DNA from: a virus
Lineage: Duplodnaviria; Caudoviricetes
Direction: 5' to 3' (one strand)
IMG/VR virus record: IMGVR_UViG_3300031227_000051
Span: 1 to 56,376 of that record
Length of the DNA stretch: 56,376 bases
In this document: positions 27,956-38,761 of the stretch, piece by piece
Numbering within the stretch: position 1 is the stretch's first letter
Layout of the letters: each line of letters starts with the position of its first letter
Made by a program: the position numbers and the translations under genes
Notes under the pieces: generated by a model
Told to the model about the DNA's origin: nothing
The model's database searches: none
What the model saw: the letters and a program-made list of their open reading frames with translations, nothing else

Positions 27956-28156
27956 ATGGCGAAGAAAAGAGAAATTTCAGCATTTATGTGTATGATATAT
28001 TATATAATATTATCAGTTAGTCTTATAATATTGAAGTTTGCGAATATAATAAAGACAGATTGGTTAATGGTTCTTATACCCATTTATGTTCCTATTGTGA
28101 CAATAATTATAATTATACTTTTTTTGGTATTTTTGAGATTTCTCTGTAATGATTAA
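27956..28156 (+). CDS. small 2-TM membrane protein (paralog 1)
   Basis: LKF..I...W..VL.P motif. Confidence 0.65.
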   Translation: MAKKREISAFMCMIYYIILSVSLIILKFANIIKTDWLMVLIPIYVPIVTIIIIILFLVFLRFLCND

Positions 28157-28203
28157 ATAAGAAAAATTTATAACACAAAACAAATAAAAAAGGAAGATAG
28201 AAA

Positions 28204-28395
28204 ATGGAAAAGGAAACAGTTGCAAATGGAGGAGTCGGATTTTTTGGATGGTTAGCTCTTATTTTTATAGTATTAAAATTAACTAAAGTTATAACTTGGA
28301 GTTGGTGGTTGGTTACGTTACCTCTTTGGGGGCCTATTGCAATAATTATACTTATTGTAATAATAATAGGAACGGTTAGTCTATCAAGCAAATAA
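28204..28395 (+). CDS. small 2-TM membrane protein (paralog 2)
   Basis: FIVLKLTKVITWSWWLVTLPLW. Confidence 0.75.
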   Translation: MEKETVANGGVGFFGWLALIFIVLKLTKVITWSWWLVTLPLWGPIAIIILIVIIIGTVSLSSK

Positions 28396-28431
28396 CATAT
28401 TCAAATAAAGCAGATTGAATTACAATACAAA

Positions 28432-28668
28432 ATGAGGAGTATGAGAATGAATAAGAATAATGGAATGGGATTTGGAGGATGGTTAACGCTTACCTTTATT
28501 GTATTAAAATTAACGAAGGTTATAACTTGGAGTTGGTTATGGGTTTTGTCACCAGTTTGGATAGCCTTAGCTTTATTACTATCTCTTTATATAATTCTTT
28601 ATTTTGTCGAAGGAATATCAGTAAATAAACGAGTCAGACGATTTAAATGGTATGAAAGAAATAAATAA
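28432..28668 (+). CDS. small 2-TM membrane protein (paralog 3)
   Basis: FIVLKLTKVITWSWLWVLSPVW. Confidence 0.75.
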   Translation: MRSMRMNKNNGMGFGGWLTLTFIVLKLTKVITWSWLWVLSPVWIALALLLSLYIILYFVEGISVNKRVRRFKWYERNK

Positions 28669-28707
28669 AACGAGCAGATAACTACTCAATAATATCTGCT
28701 CGTTTTT
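28667..28707 (+). terminator. intrinsic terminator
   Basis: AAACGAGCAGATA...TATCTGCTCGTTTTT. Confidence 0.7.
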
Positions 28708-28785
28708 GTATAAATATACAAAAAATGATTGACAGAATTTGATGACTATTATATTGTAATGTAAAAGATAATAAAGGAGACTTTA

Positions 28786-30102
28786 ATGATAAAAGACAAG
28801 AGTCGTAAATGTTCTTTCTGCGGACGTACCGAAGATGAGGTTGAATTTCTCATAGCGGGAATTGATGGTAATGCTTGTAATGATTGTATCGAGATAATTC
28901 AAACTGTATTTGAGAATATTCAAAAAAGAAAAGATGATGTAGAGAACGGGTTTGAAATTCCTAAACCAAAAGAAATTCACAAATTTTTAGATGAATATGT
29001 AATTGGGCAAGAAAGTGCAAAAAAGACAATATGTGTCGCCGTTTATAATCATTATAAACGAATACTTCAGCAAATCGAAGATGATGACGTTGAAATAGAG
29101 AAAAGTAATATTTTAATGGTAGGACCAACAGGTTCGGGCAAAACATTTATTGCCAAAACATTAGCAAAATTTTTAAAAGTGCCTTTCGCAATTGCCGATG
29201 CTACCACTCTAACAGAAGCAGGATATGTAGGCGATGATGTCGAGAATATTTTAGTTCGTTTACTACAAAATGCAGATTATGATGTAAAGAAAGCAGAGAG
29301 GGGAATTGTATATATTGACGAGATTGATAAAATAGCTCGTACATCCGAAGCTCGCTCTATAACTCGTGACGTTTCAGGGGAAGGTGTTCAGCAAGCTATA
29401 TTAAAGATGTTAGAAGGTGCAAAAGTAAATATACCACCAAAAGGTGGACGAAAACATCCACAACAGGAAATGATTGAAATAGATACGAAAAATATTTTAT
29501 TTATCTCTGGCGGAGCATTTACTGGGTTGAAAACTATAATTAAGGGTCCTGATAAAGAAAAAACTATTGGATTTAATAGTGTACTCAGAGTCGAGAATGA
29601 TTCTACTGATGATGTCGATATGCTCTCAAAATGTACTTCTGATGATTTAGTTAAATATGGACTTATTCCAGAATTGGTGGGTCGCATTCCTATTGTTTCA
29701 TTTTTGGAAGAATTAAATAAAAAGGCATTAATAGAAATACTTACCGAACCTAAGAATGCAATTTGCAAACAATTTAAAAAACTTTTTGAGATGGAAGGGG
29801 TTGAATTAAAATTTAATTCAGCAGCCTTAAACGAAATTGCAGAAATTGCCTCTAATCAAAAAACGGGCGCCCGCAGCTTAAGAGCTATTATGGAAAAATT
29901 TATGCTTGATATAATGTATGATATACCAGATATGAATGCAAAGGAATGTAAGATTACCAAAGGTGTAGTGTCCGGAAAAACAAAACCAAAATATATCTTA
30001 AATGAAGATGAAAAATATGTATGTTCTCAGTCTACGCCGAAGTTGAAGTATGAAATTTCTGAATCCCCGATTGAGTTTGAAATTAAAGTTTGTCAAAAAT
30101 AG
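28786..30102 (+). CDS. clpX: ATP-dependent Clp protease ATP-binding subunit
   Basis: C4 Zn finger, [21 protein letters not shown] loop, IGF loop, GARSL. Confidence 0.97.
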   Translation: MIKDKSRKCSFCGRTEDEVEFLIAGIDGNACNDCIEIIQTVFENIQKRKDDVENGFEIPKPKEIHKFLDEYVIGQESAKKTICVAVYNHYKRILQQIEDDDVEIEKSNILMVGPTGSGKTFIAKTLAKFLKVPFAIADATTLTEAGYVGDDVENILVRLLQNADYDVKKAERGIVYIDEIDKIARTSEARSITRDVSGEGVQQAILKMLEGAKVNIPPKGGRKHPQQEMIEIDTKNILFISGGAFTGLKTIIKGPDKEKTIGFNSVLRVENDSTDDVDMLSKCTSDDLVKYGLIPELVGRIPIVSFLEELNKKALIEILTEPKNAICKQFKKLFEMEGVELKFNSAALNEIAEIASNQKTGARSLRAIMEKFMLDIMYDIPDMNAKECKITKGVVSGKTKPKYILNEDEKYVCSQSTPKLKYEISESPIEFEIKVCQK

Positions 30103-30111
30103 GAGATAATT

Positions 30112-30879
30112 ATGTCAACAAACTATACACGAATGATTGAAGAAGAGAAAGAGACTAGTTTTGAAAGGTTTATATTAACTTGTGCAAAAGCTTTTGGTGC
30201 ATGTATTGATATGAGAGATGAACCATTAGACAAAAAAATTCCAATTTTTACTCCAGATAACTACTATACCGAAAAATTAGTAAGGAATATAAAGAGATTA
30301 AAAGAATTTAATTCTTTTACAGAAACTGATTTTAAGAGAATGACTGTCGAAAAATTCAATAACAGAATGAAAATTCACAAAGAATATATTAAAGAGGCAT
30401 TAGAATTAAAAAATAAATATGACAATATGTTAAAAAAAGTTGAAGAATGGACACCGCCTACAGAAGATCATGTTGACTTAAAGCAGTTTATGATTGAACA
30501 AATAAAAATGTCTGTCTCAGCAATTTATGAGTCATCACATTATCCAGTTTTATTAACTGTTAATGAATTTAAATCGAATGAATTAACTAAAATTTCACGT
30601 AATATTAAATATTGCATAGAAGAAAATGAAAAAGAAATTAAAAGAGCAAATGAAAGAAATTTATGGATCAAACAATTACGAGAAAGTTTGCTCCCAACAG
30701 AAAATATCGTAAAATTAGATCGTAGTGATTTGATTAAAGGCAAACACGACACTCCAGTTGAAAAAATCGATATATCTCACTTCAAAAACAAGTCAGTAAA
30801 TTTGCACGATATTATGAGAGCAGATAAGATTTTTTTCATTGACGGTAATATAACAAAAACACTTAAAGATAGGTTTTAA
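30112..30879 (+). CDS. conserved-looking phage hypothetical protein
   Basis: GGAG RBS, 255 aa. Confidence 0.7.
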   Translation: MSTNYTRMIEEEKETSFERFILTCAKAFGACIDMRDEPLDKKIPIFTPDNYYTEKLVRNIKRLKEFNSFTETDFKRMTVEKFNNRMKIHKEYIKEALELKNKYDNMLKKVEEWTPPTEDHVDLKQFMIEQIKMSVSAIYESSHYPVLLTVNEFKSNELTKISRNIKYCIEENEKEIKRANERNLWIKQLRESLLPTENIVKLDRSDLIKGKHDTPVEKIDISHFKNKSVNLHDIMRADKIFFIDGNITKTLKDRF

Positions 30880-30892
30880 AAAGAGGCAAATT

Positions 30893-31516
30893 ATGAGAGA
30901 AGTATGGAAAGAGTTTTTTAGATTAAAGAGTAATGAAATTAAACTTTGGATTAAGTATGATTTCAGACAAACTATTTTACCGGCAATATTTATACTTTTG
31001 GGTGTTACTCACTTAATCACATCACTTTTGTTCTTGGGAGTAATTATGCTTGAACAAGAAAATATAAATATGTTTTTTGGTTATTATAGTATATCATTTT
31101 TAATTTGGCCATGTGTCGGTCTTATTTGGATAACAAATAAAGTTATGAACTGGCTAATAGATGATTGGGAATTATCAAAATTAAGGAAAAATAATGTTAC
31201 AAGAAAAGAATTACTGAAGTATTATTTAAAATTAAAATATACGGAAATCAGTCATTGGTTTACCAATGAATTTATTAAACCATTTGCTACGGCAATTGCT
31301 ATTTTATATTTTATATGGTCATTTGCCTGTATGTTTCTTTGGATAGTTTTTCCTCGTGATATGAATCAGTATTTATTCTTTATGGCGGTATCATTTTTAA
31401 TTTGGGTGTGTATTTTTCTTATTATTATGGCAAATAAAACTATGTCTTGGCTATCAGATAACTGGAAACTGGCAAGGAAAAATATTAATTATGAGGAAAG
31501 AAGAAATGAAAAGTAA
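30893..31516 (+). CDS. membrane protein with an internal duplication
   Basis: two copies of SFLIW..NK.M.WL.D.W.L. Confidence 0.7.
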   Translation: MREVWKEFFRLKSNEIKLWIKYDFRQTILPAIFILLGVTHLITSLLFLGVIMLEQENINMFFGYYSISFLIWPCVGLIWITNKVMNWLIDDWELSKLRKNNVTRKELLKYYLKLKYTEISHWFTNEFIKPFATAIAILYFIWSFACMFLWIVFPRDMNQYLFFMAVSFLIWVCIFLIIMANKTMSWLSDNWKLARKNINYEERRNEK

Positions 31517-32231
31517 TAACACTTTAAGCGGACGTATGAAGTTATACGAGAGTGTCAATAGAGATTATCTAGTACCTAATATGTCAACAATTATTAGACT
31601 ATACGGCAAGGCATTTCATAGTTTTACGAAGGGAATGAAAAGACCATTCGATGTAAAACTTATGGATGCAATGAGTGATACTGCAAAATATTTATGCAAA
31701 AACATCATGGGATGTAAAATTGCCTATATTCAGTCAGATGAGATTACACTGTTATTGACAGATTTTGATACTATCAATACAGAACCTTGGTTTAATGGGA
31801 ATATTCAGAAGATGGTATCTATTGCGGCTAGTATGGCAACTGCAAAATTCAATGAGTTAATTGATTCTCAAAAACTTGCAATGTTTGATGCGAGAGTGTT
31901 TCAATTACCAATATGCGAGGTAGTAAACAATTTTATTTGGCGACAACAAGATGCAGTAAGAAATAGTGTTCAATCAGTTGGACAAGCTTATTTTTCACAC
32001 AAGGATTTACACAGGAAGTCTTGTTCTGATATTCAAGATATGTTAATGACAACATATAATGTAAATTGGAATGATTATCCAACTTCTCAGAGAAGAGGTC
32101 GTTGCGTTATTAAAGAAAAATTTCAACATAATGGAGTTGAAAGAACTCACTGGATTACGGATAATGAAATTCCAATTTTTACAAAAGATAGAAATTATAT
32201 TGACAAATTAATGAAGTTTAATAAAATGTAA
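31506..32231 (+). CDS. tRNA(His) guanylyltransferase Thg1-like protein
   Basis: RMK.YE, GKAFHSF, QSDEI, FDAR, WRQQDA.RNS; first catalytic Asp appears as Tyr. Confidence 0.92.
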   Translation: MKSNNTLSGRMKLYESVNRDYLVPNMSTIIRLYGKAFHSFTKGMKRPFDVKLMDAMSDTAKYLCKNIMGCKIAYIQSDEITLLLTDFDTINTEPWFNGNIQKMVSIAASMATAKFNELIDSQKLAMFDARVFQLPICEVVNNFIWRQQDAVRNSVQSVGQAYFSHKDLHRKSCSDIQDMLMTTYNVNWNDYPTSQRRGRCVIKEKFQHNGVERTHWITDNEIPIFTKDRNYIDKLMKFNKM

Positions 32232-32252
32232 TTAAATAAAAAAGGAAAGAGA

Positions 32253-32615
32253 ATGATAAAAGAACAGATGATAGAGATAGTTAAATCCGGATTGTCTTGG
32301 ACGGCTCAGCAAGCACCCGAAATTATGGGACAGTTAATATTATGGAGAACATGTGATTATATTCTCGGAATTATTTTCAGTTTAATAATATTAATAATTG
32401 TATATCGTATTTTTTTAAATACAGAACATAAGATTGAAAGTGATGAATTCGCAGATTGGGGAGATTATATCGTTACGGCCGTTATACTAGCAATGGTGGG
32501 ATTATTTTTTGTAATAGTTTTGATATGTAATATTTACTTTTTGTTGCAGATATCAATAGCTCCCAAGGTATGGCTGATTGAATATATTTCTGATGCGATG
32601 CGTTGTATTAATTAA
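32253..32615 (+). CDS. membrane protein
   Basis: 2 TM segments; APKVWL. Confidence 0.65.
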   Translation: MIKEQMIEIVKSGLSWTAQQAPEIMGQLILWRTCDYILGIIFSLIILIIVYRIFLNTEHKIESDEFADWGDYIVTAVILAMVGLFFVIVLICNIYFLLQISIAPKVWLIEYISDAMRCIN

Positions 32616-32635
32616 GATTAAAAATTGGAGACTAA

Positions 32636-33007
32636 ATGATAAAAAAAAGTTTATTACCCTGTATAATATGTGGTAGACACTATGACGAATTTGACCCGAA
32701 GAGAGCAGAAATGCCTTTCGATGCTGATAATTTTTGTTCGCAAAATTGTTATAATAAATACAAAACTATACAGGAAGAATATTATAATCGGCAAAGAGCT
32801 AATAAGGAGAATCTTAATTCCAAACTAAAACGATGTCCTTGTTGTGGCTCAAATGCAGAGATACTCAATCACGAGCGTGATGACCCAGAAATTGGTATGG
32901 ACTTTGGCGTATATAATATTAAATGTATTAATTGCAATATACAGACAGAGAAGGTAGAAAAAAATGAAATTGAAAAGGCTATAAAACAATGGAATACAAG
33001 AACTTAA
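32636..33007 (+). CDS. Lar-like (restriction alleviation) Zn-finger protein
   Basis: LKRCPCCG...IKCINC...AIKQWNTR. Confidence 0.65.
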   Translation: MIKKSLLPCIICGRHYDEFDPKRAEMPFDADNFCSQNCYNKYKTIQEEYYNRQRANKENLNSKLKRCPCCGSNAEILNHERDDPEIGMDFGVYNIKCINCNIQTEKVEKNEIEKAIKQWNTRT

Positions 33008-33008
33008 T

Positions 33009-33299
33009 GTGGGACATATGCTATTAATCAAACCTAGAAATCTAATCAAGGCATTAAAGCAACAAGGACCTTTAAAACGAGCTTTTAGAAACTTCTTTGT
33101 GACAGGCAATGCTTGGGGTATGTTCCACAAACGAAGTCATATTAGAGATTCTGGTAAGGAAAAAATTATGTATAATACAGAAGCGTCCGCCACAAAAGGT
33201 GCGAACGCTATGAAAAGAAAATATAACAAACACTTTAGTGTGTATAAATGTATATTTTGTAATGGTTATCATATAGGAAAGAACAGAGAAAATAAATAA
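33009..33299 (+). CDS. basic protein with YKCIFCNGYHIG Zn motif
   Basis: ORF track. Confidence 0.65.
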   Translation: MGHMLLIKPRNLIKALKQQGPLKRAFRNFFVTGNAWGMFHKRSHIRDSGKEKIMYNTEASATKGANAMKRKYNKHFSVYKCIFCNGYHIGKNRENK

Positions 33300-33365
33300 T
33301 AGGTACAAGTATGAGAAAAGATGAATTGATGAAGATTATTGACTAGTGTTTCTAAGGAGTATACC

Positions 33366-33536
33366 ATGAAAAAAAGCGAATTAAAGCGTATAATAAAAGA
33401 AGAGATGGAAAAGGAAGAACGTCAATTCGCTCAAAACCGATCTATGAATGAAAACCTGAGATATAATATTTATGGAGAAGTTGTAGTGTCTATAAAAGTC
33501 GTAACCGAAAGTATAGATAGTATACTTGAATTTTAA
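33366..33536 (+). CDS. small protein with YNIYGE motif
   Basis: AAGGAG RBS. Confidence 0.6.
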   Translation: MKKSELKRIIKEEMEKEERQFAQNRSMNENLRYNIYGEVVVSIKVVTESIDSILEF

Positions 33537-33571
33537 AAACATTTCGAAGACAACATTTTTAAAGGAGAATA

Positions 33572-33781
33572 ATGATGAATAACTTTGCCGAAATGAATAG
33601 AGTTGGGTGCAGAAGAAGAACAGGCGCACAAATGTTTACACCAAAGTTTACATCAAAACAAAGATATGATATTTACGGAAATATTATAATGTCATCTAGT
33701 AAAAGTTCGTGGGAAGAATATGTCAAAAATTACAAAATCTCTTTAAAAAATTGGATAGAAAATTGGAAATCAGATATGTAA
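33572..33781 (+). CDS. small protein with YDIYGN motif
   Basis: AAGGAG RBS. Confidence 0.6.
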   Translation: MMNNFAEMNRVGCRRRTGAQMFTPKFTSKQRYDIYGNIIMSSSKSSWEEYVKNYKISLKNWIENWKSDM

Positions 33782-33861
33782 AAAATAAAAAATCTTGATA
33801 GTTTTTCGTCATATATATACTAAAGCATAGAGGTGTAAGCGTCACTTACATTTTCTTATAT

Positions 33862-33935
33862 GTCTCTGTAGCATAACTGGATAATGCTTTGGTTTTCTAA
33901 ACCAAGAATCGCAGATTCGAGTCCTGTCAGAGATA
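33862..33935 (+). tRNA. tRNA-Arg (TCT)
   Basis: TTGGT-TTTCTAA-ACCAA; ends TCA rather than CCA. Confidence 0.82.
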
Positions 33936-33960
33936 TCAAAAATTTAATATTGGAGTAATA

Positions 33961-34809
33961 ATGATTAAAGAAGGAAATATCAGATTTCTAAAGACCGCCG
34001 GAAATAAATTTAAGTATATAGATGTAATTAGAAAAGAGATCGACAAGATCGAAAAGCCTTACGTATATGTGGAGCCATTTTTAGGTTCTGGCTCTATATT
34101 AATTAACTGTATTGATGATGATATTATATCTTATGGATTTGATTCTAACGAAAATATAATTAATATATTTAAACATTTCAAAGATATTAATTACGAGGAA
34201 TTAGAACATTTTTACAATACTTACGTTTTAAAATTTGGCAACATAGGAAAAGAAAAGGAAGCATATTATTCATATAGAAATGAAATATATAACAAATTAT
34301 ACTACAAAAATAATAACAAATATTCATCTATGGCATTATATTATTTAATACGAAGTTGCATAAATTCAATGATAAGATTTGGTCCTAATGGTTTCAATCA
34401 GTCATTTGGAAATCGTGGGAGAGATATATATTTAACAAAAGAAAGTCTTGATTTCTATAAAGAAAAAACAAAAAGTGCAAAATTTAGCTGTATTAATTTC
34501 TTTGATATACCAACAAAGCTGTTCGATAATAAAAATATATTATGGTTTCTGGATCCTCCATATGTGGGAATGGGTCATGTTTCTTATCAAGATAACTTTT
34601 CAAAAGATAATTTTGAAAAATTTATTGACATAATCACAAATAAAATAAAGGGAAAGATTTTATATACAGATACCTGGAATGAGATTCATGATATAAAATT
34701 AAAGAATTGGAGAAGAATAGTTTTAAATAAAAGACTATTAACAATATCCCCTCAATTGAAAAAAAAGAATGTAGCTGGTAAAGTAGAATATTTATACTGT
34801 AATTTTTAA
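33961..34809 (+). CDS. Dam-like (D12 class) adenine methyltransferase
   Basis: AGNK, YVEPFLGSG, RF...GFNQSFG, DPPY. Confidence 0.9.
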   Translation: MIKEGNIRFLKTAGNKFKYIDVIRKEIDKIEKPYVYVEPFLGSGSILINCIDDDIISYGFDSNENIINIFKHFKDINYEELEHFYNTYVLKFGNIGKEKEAYYSYRNEIYNKLYYKNNNKYSSMALYYLIRSCINSMIRFGPNGFNQSFGNRGRDIYLTKESLDFYKEKTKSAKFSCINFFDIPTKLFDNKNILWFLDPPYVGMGHVSYQDNFSKDNFEKFIDIITNKIKGKILYTDTWNEIHDIKLKNWRRIVLNKRLLTISPQLKKKNVAGKVEYLYCNF

Positions 34810-34937
34810 TAAGTTGACAAAATAAGACAAAAGAATAGAGTTGTATCATAAAGAAACAAGCTCGATGTGATTAACATAAAACTTGCATAGTAATATAGAG
34901 CTTGTTACTATGCAAATAAAAAGTTAAGGAGAATGAT

Positions 34938-35183
34938 ATGAGTAGAAGTTTTAAGAAAACAGCAGGATTTACCTATGAAAGTTCAACCCACATTAATTTT
35001 GAAAAAAGACAAGCAAATAAGAAAGTAAGAAGAGCAAATGAAGTTCCGAGTGGAAGAGCATACAAAAAATTATTTGATACGTGGAATATTAGAGATACGA
35101 ATCATCGCTACTACTCTGAAGCTCAGGTCAGAGAATACGTTGAAAAGTATAATGGCAAAAAATACAAAATGCTTATAAAATAA
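34938..35183 (+). CDS. basic hypothetical protein
   Basis: AAGGAG RBS; MSRSFKK..KRQANKKVRR. Confidence 0.65.
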   Translation: MSRSFKKTAGFTYESSTHINFEKRQANKKVRRANEVPSGRAYKKLFDTWNIRDTNHRYYSEAQVREYVEKYNGKKYKMLIK

Positions 35184-35332
35184 TTTGATAATAAATACAA
35201 AGGTTTTTTATCATTTTTAGCGAAAGACACATTAGAAATAATGTGTCTTTTTTTGTATTTAAATAATCTTGACAAAATAAGATAAAAGAATATTGTTGAA
35301 TTATAGAGTGAAAAAGAAAAGGAGAGATAAAG

Positions 35333-35593
35333 ATGGAAAAGGGAAAAGTTATTTATTTTTCGGATGTGTCTGATAGTGGTGCTTATCAGGTAATAGCGGA
35401 GAAAATCGTAGTTGAAGATAGATATGAAAAGAAGACAGTTTATTCCGGTAGAGAGTGCCATTGTTTTGAAGATTCGAGAGGTCATTATCGAGAACTTCCG
35501 ACTTATTTATGTTTTGAGAATTTAAATGATTTATTTAAAGAGATAGAAAATTCGTTTAATGGAAATTTGACTACATCTCCCTATATGTGGTAA
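35333..35593 (+). CDS. hypothetical protein
   Basis: promoter + RBS. Confidence 0.6.
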   Translation: MEKGKVIYFSDVSDSGAYQVIAEKIVVEDRYEKKTVYSGRECHCFEDSRGHYRELPTYLCFENLNDLFKEIENSFNGNLTTSPYMW

Positions 35594-35598
35594 TTAAA

Positions 35599-36048
35599 AT
35601 GCAAACATTTTTAATTAGTGAAAATCCAGAAGAAACGGCAAAAATATTAGATTATCGTAGATTAGGGAAACAGAGAGTTGAGACAATTCAAATATTAAAT
35701 TCATTACTTAATCTTAATGAAAACAAGAAAGGTTGGAAAAATCACCCAGCAGTTAAAATGTGGAAAGGTTACGAATCTTATTTACTCAAAGTGTATTTAA
35801 AGGCCATTATTAATGAATGGATTAGCCGTGGCTATAAAAACGATAAATGTGCCATTAGATACAAACAATTATATAAAATATTAAAAGATAAAAAAATAAT
35901 TAAGCCTAAATGGTTTAGTGAAGATTTTTTTAATTCGCACAAATCAAATTTGATTAGAAAGAAGCCAGAATATTACAGACAATATTGGTCAGATATACCG
36001 GATAATATAGAGTATATTTGGCCAACAAAGCAATCCGAGGTGTTATAA
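35599..36048 (+). CDS. pyrimidine-dimer DNA glycosylase-like (MSMEG_6728 family)
   Basis: MQTF..LDYRRLGKQRVE..HPAVKMW..SHKSNL.RK.P..Y. Confidence 0.85.
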   Translation: MQTFLISENPEETAKILDYRRLGKQRVETIQILNSLLNLNENKKGWKNHPAVKMWKGYESYLLKVYLKAIINEWISRGYKNDKCAIRYKQLYKILKDKKIIKPKWFSEDFFNSHKSNLIRKKPEYYRQYWSDIPDNIEYIWPTKQSEVL

Positions 36049-36705
36049 ATGACAAAAAAAGAGCAAATTACTTTATTAGAAGAGAAGTATAAACAGATTA
36101 GAATTAATGATGAAGCTGGTAATTATGATACGTTACAAGACATCAATCCAATAATATATGGAGGCAATATTAATGCTGATATAATGGTAATAGCCAGAGA
36201 TTTGGGTGCTGATGAAGTTAAGCAAAATCAACCTCTTATAGGTAGAGCTGGACAGTTGTTTAGAACTGTCGCTAAATATTATAATATATTTGATGATATG
36301 TATCTAACAAATTTAATTCCATACAAACCATTTAAAAATGTAGTATTTGAAAAAGAAATTAGAGAAAAATATTTAGATTTGTTGAGAGAACAAATAAGAA
36401 TAATACAACCAAAAATAATAATGACACTTGGAAAGGAATCATTAGAAACGATAAGAAATGAAAATATTAGTTCTGTTTTGAACAGAATTAAATATCTTTA
36501 CTCAAATAGATTAATTTGTGTAGATAATGTTTTGAATACTGGAATAGATGTTAAATGTTTACCTATGGCTCATCCATCATTTTTGATAAGAAAGGGTATA
36601 ACTTCTTCAAATGTGATAAGTAATAATTCTGAATATTCTCAGTTATATTTAAAACTACCCATGCGTATGGGAAGAGCGATATTAAATAAAAAGTTGACAA
36701 AATAA
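36049..36705 (+). CDS. uracil-DNA glycosylase family 4-like protein
   Basis: G..E.....PLIGRAGQ, Y.TN, PKII.TLG, HPS. Confidence 0.8.
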   Translation: MTKKEQITLLEEKYKQIRINDEAGNYDTLQDINPIIYGGNINADIMVIARDLGADEVKQNQPLIGRAGQLFRTVAKYYNIFDDMYLTNLIPYKPFKNVVFEKEIREKYLDLLREQIRIIQPKIIMTLGKESLETIRNENISSVLNRIKYLYSNRLICVDNVLNTGIDVKCLPMAHPSFLIRKGITSSNVISNNSEYSQLYLKLPMRMGRAILNKKLTK

Positions 36706-36759
36706 GATAAAAAGATATTATTGAATCATAAAGTGAAAAGGAGATAAAGATGAAGAGTA

Positions 36760-37131
36760 ATGCAAGAGTTTATACACGAAAAAGACCGGCACACTCTGAT
36801 GATGCACATACGAAAAATAAGCGTTGGTTCAAGCAGAAGGGAAGAAAAAGTGCGAGACGTTTTTTTAAGACAGAAATGCAAAAACAGGAGATATAAGATG
36901 ATTAAGATTAGACTTGATAAAAATATAGAATCAGTAATTTACAGTAAAAGCGGAAATGAAAAAATAATCAAAGATAGAGATTTTAAACTGGTTGGAGATA
37001 TTTTTAGTGTTATTAATCAATTTGTCGGAATGGCTACGGCAATAGAATTTATAAACGGAGAGATTATTCTTATTAGCAAAGGTATGTTTGATAATGTAAT
37101 CTCTAATACATTATTCATACACGAATTATAA
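36760..37131 (+). CDS. hypothetical protein (start uncertain)
   Basis: alternative RBS+ATG at 36898. Confidence 0.5.
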   Translation: MQEFIHEKDRHTLMMHIRKISVGSSRREEKVRDVFLRQKCKNRRYKMIKIRLDKNIESVIYSKSGNEKIIKDRDFKLVGDIFSVINQFVGMATAIEFINGEIILISKGMFDNVISNTLFIHEL

Positions 37132-37148
37132 AAATAGGAGTTCCAAAG

Positions 37149-37595
37149 GTGAATAAAAAGTCAAAAAAATGGGTCAAATTTATTGGCAGTTACAAAGATT
37201 TAACTCAAAAATATGGATATGTATTTCAGAAACTTTGCGCCGAAAACTATGAAACGTATAGTAAAGAAGCGTCAAGACATTCCACTAATACTGTATGGAT
37301 TTGGTCTGCCGAAAATGAAGTTGAATGGAGCAGTTTTTTTGGTTTATCATACCTTGTCTTTGAAACAGCTAAGAACTTTGTTATGCCTATTGATAAAAGC
37401 TTTGTTAGATTTATAATTGATGAAAAAGAAGAAACAATTGATAGAGTTGATATGAACAATATTACACATAAATCAATAGATGTGTGGGGCACACTTTTAC
37501 CAGGATTTAAACTATTATTATTAGACGACAAGACAATTAAATTGATAAATGAACTCTGGGATAATAATCTTATCGAAATAATTTCAAATAAATAA
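37149..37595 (+). CDS. hypothetical protein
   Basis: GGAG RBS, GTG start. Confidence 0.65.
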   Translation: MNKKSKKWVKFIGSYKDLTQKYGYVFQKLCAENYETYSKEASRHSTNTVWIWSAENEVEWSSFFGLSYLVFETAKNFVMPIDKSFVRFIIDEKEETIDRVDMNNITHKSIDVWGTLLPGFKLLLLDDKTIKLINELWDNNLIEIISNK

Positions 37596-37664
37596 ATTGA
37601 CAAAATAAGATAAAAAGATATTATTGAATCATAAAGTGAAAGAGAAAAGAAGGAGATTTAAAAG

Positions 37665-38021
37665 ATGGCGTTTATAACAATAGAGACTCTTGATAGTGAA
37701 GAAACTTACAATGGTGTTAGTGTAGAGACATATAATCACAAAAAGAAAACCTGGAATAGTGGTGATTTTACAAAAGATTGGTATAGACTTAATCGACATA
37801 TTTATCAAAAAACTGATATATGGAAAGAGGGAGTAATGCTGTCTTCCTCTGTCGACCATTTTATTATGGATTCAGAAGACTATGAATCGAGATGGTTAAA
37901 AACAGAAAATGATGTTGCTGTTTTCGCAGAAAATTACGATTATAATGACCCAGGATTACAATTTTTTATTCCAAAAGGAACAAATCCAACCTGGGATGAA
38001 CATTGCAATAGATGCCGGTAA
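37665..38021 (+). CDS. hypothetical protein
   Basis: promoter + RBS. Confidence 0.7.
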   Translation: MAFITIETLDSEETYNGVSVETYNHKKKTWNSGDFTKDWYRLNRHIYQKTDIWKEGVMLSSSVDHFIMDSEDYESRWLKTENDVAVFAENYDYNDPGLQFFIPKGTNPTWDEHCNRCR

Positions 38022-38037
38022 GTATAAAGGAGGGTAA

Positions 38038-38448
38038 ATGATTTTAGCACATTTTGATGCACAAGATTATGATATTGACAGAAGAATGTTTCAGGCATTA
38101 ATGAATGATTATCAAATTACTGCCTATTCCGTAAGAAAGGAACTCCCAGCGGTTATCACTGCTTTTGATATTATTTTTCTTGATTTTGGTGGTACACCAC
38201 ACGATGAGTATCCAAATTGGATAAATAAAATGTCGGAAGATTACCCAAACATTAAGTTCGTAATTATTACATCTTATAACAAAGAAGATTGGGAATGTGA
38301 AAGAGCATTTTATTCAATAGTGGAAAGACATAATGTAAAAATAATGAATAGAGCTAGCGAGAATATTATACGAGAACTTGAATATGCTGGATACAATCCA
38401 AAAGAGAAAAAATTAAACGTTACAATAAAAGATCCGAGAAGAGGATAA
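38038..38448 (+). CDS. receiver-fold-like protein
   Basis: FDIIFLD...FVIITS. Confidence 0.45.
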   Translation: MILAHFDAQDYDIDRRMFQALMNDYQITAYSVRKELPAVITAFDIIFLDFGGTPHDEYPNWINKMSEDYPNIKFVIITSYNKEDWECERAFYSIVERHNVKIMNRASENIIRELEYAGYNPKEKKLNVTIKDPRRG

Positions 38449-38453
38449 TAAAA

Positions 38454-38666
38454 ATGAAAAACTTCAAAATGTTTTACGATGCATTAGAAGGACTAATGTG
38501 GAGTTGGGGCGGAAACCCGCCACCAGAAGCGGTCTGGGCATTCAATGACTTTATTGATTGGTACGAAAAGGAAACTGGAAATATTATTGGAATACGTATT
38601 GAAGATGAAGAAGAAATTCTTGAATATAAAGAAATCATGAATAGACTTTGTGATTTTGAAAAATAA
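38454..38666 (+). CDS. hypothetical protein
   Basis: GAGG RBS. Confidence 0.6.
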   Translation: MKNFKMFYDALEGLMWSWGGNPPPEAVWAFNDFIDWYEKETGNIIGIRIEDEEEILEYKEIMNRLCDFEK

Positions 38667-38761
38667 ATTAACAGTGATTCTTTGGTAAGAATAATATTGA
38701 CAAAAAACGATGAATTATTATAGTAGTAATATAAAGTGAATAAAAAAAGAAGGAGCGAGTA

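Noticed and set aside
33862-33935. Second amber suppressor (TTCTAAA)
   Set aside because: The TTGGT/ACCAA stem gives loop TTTCTAA, anticodon TCT (Arg); the same holds at 14912.
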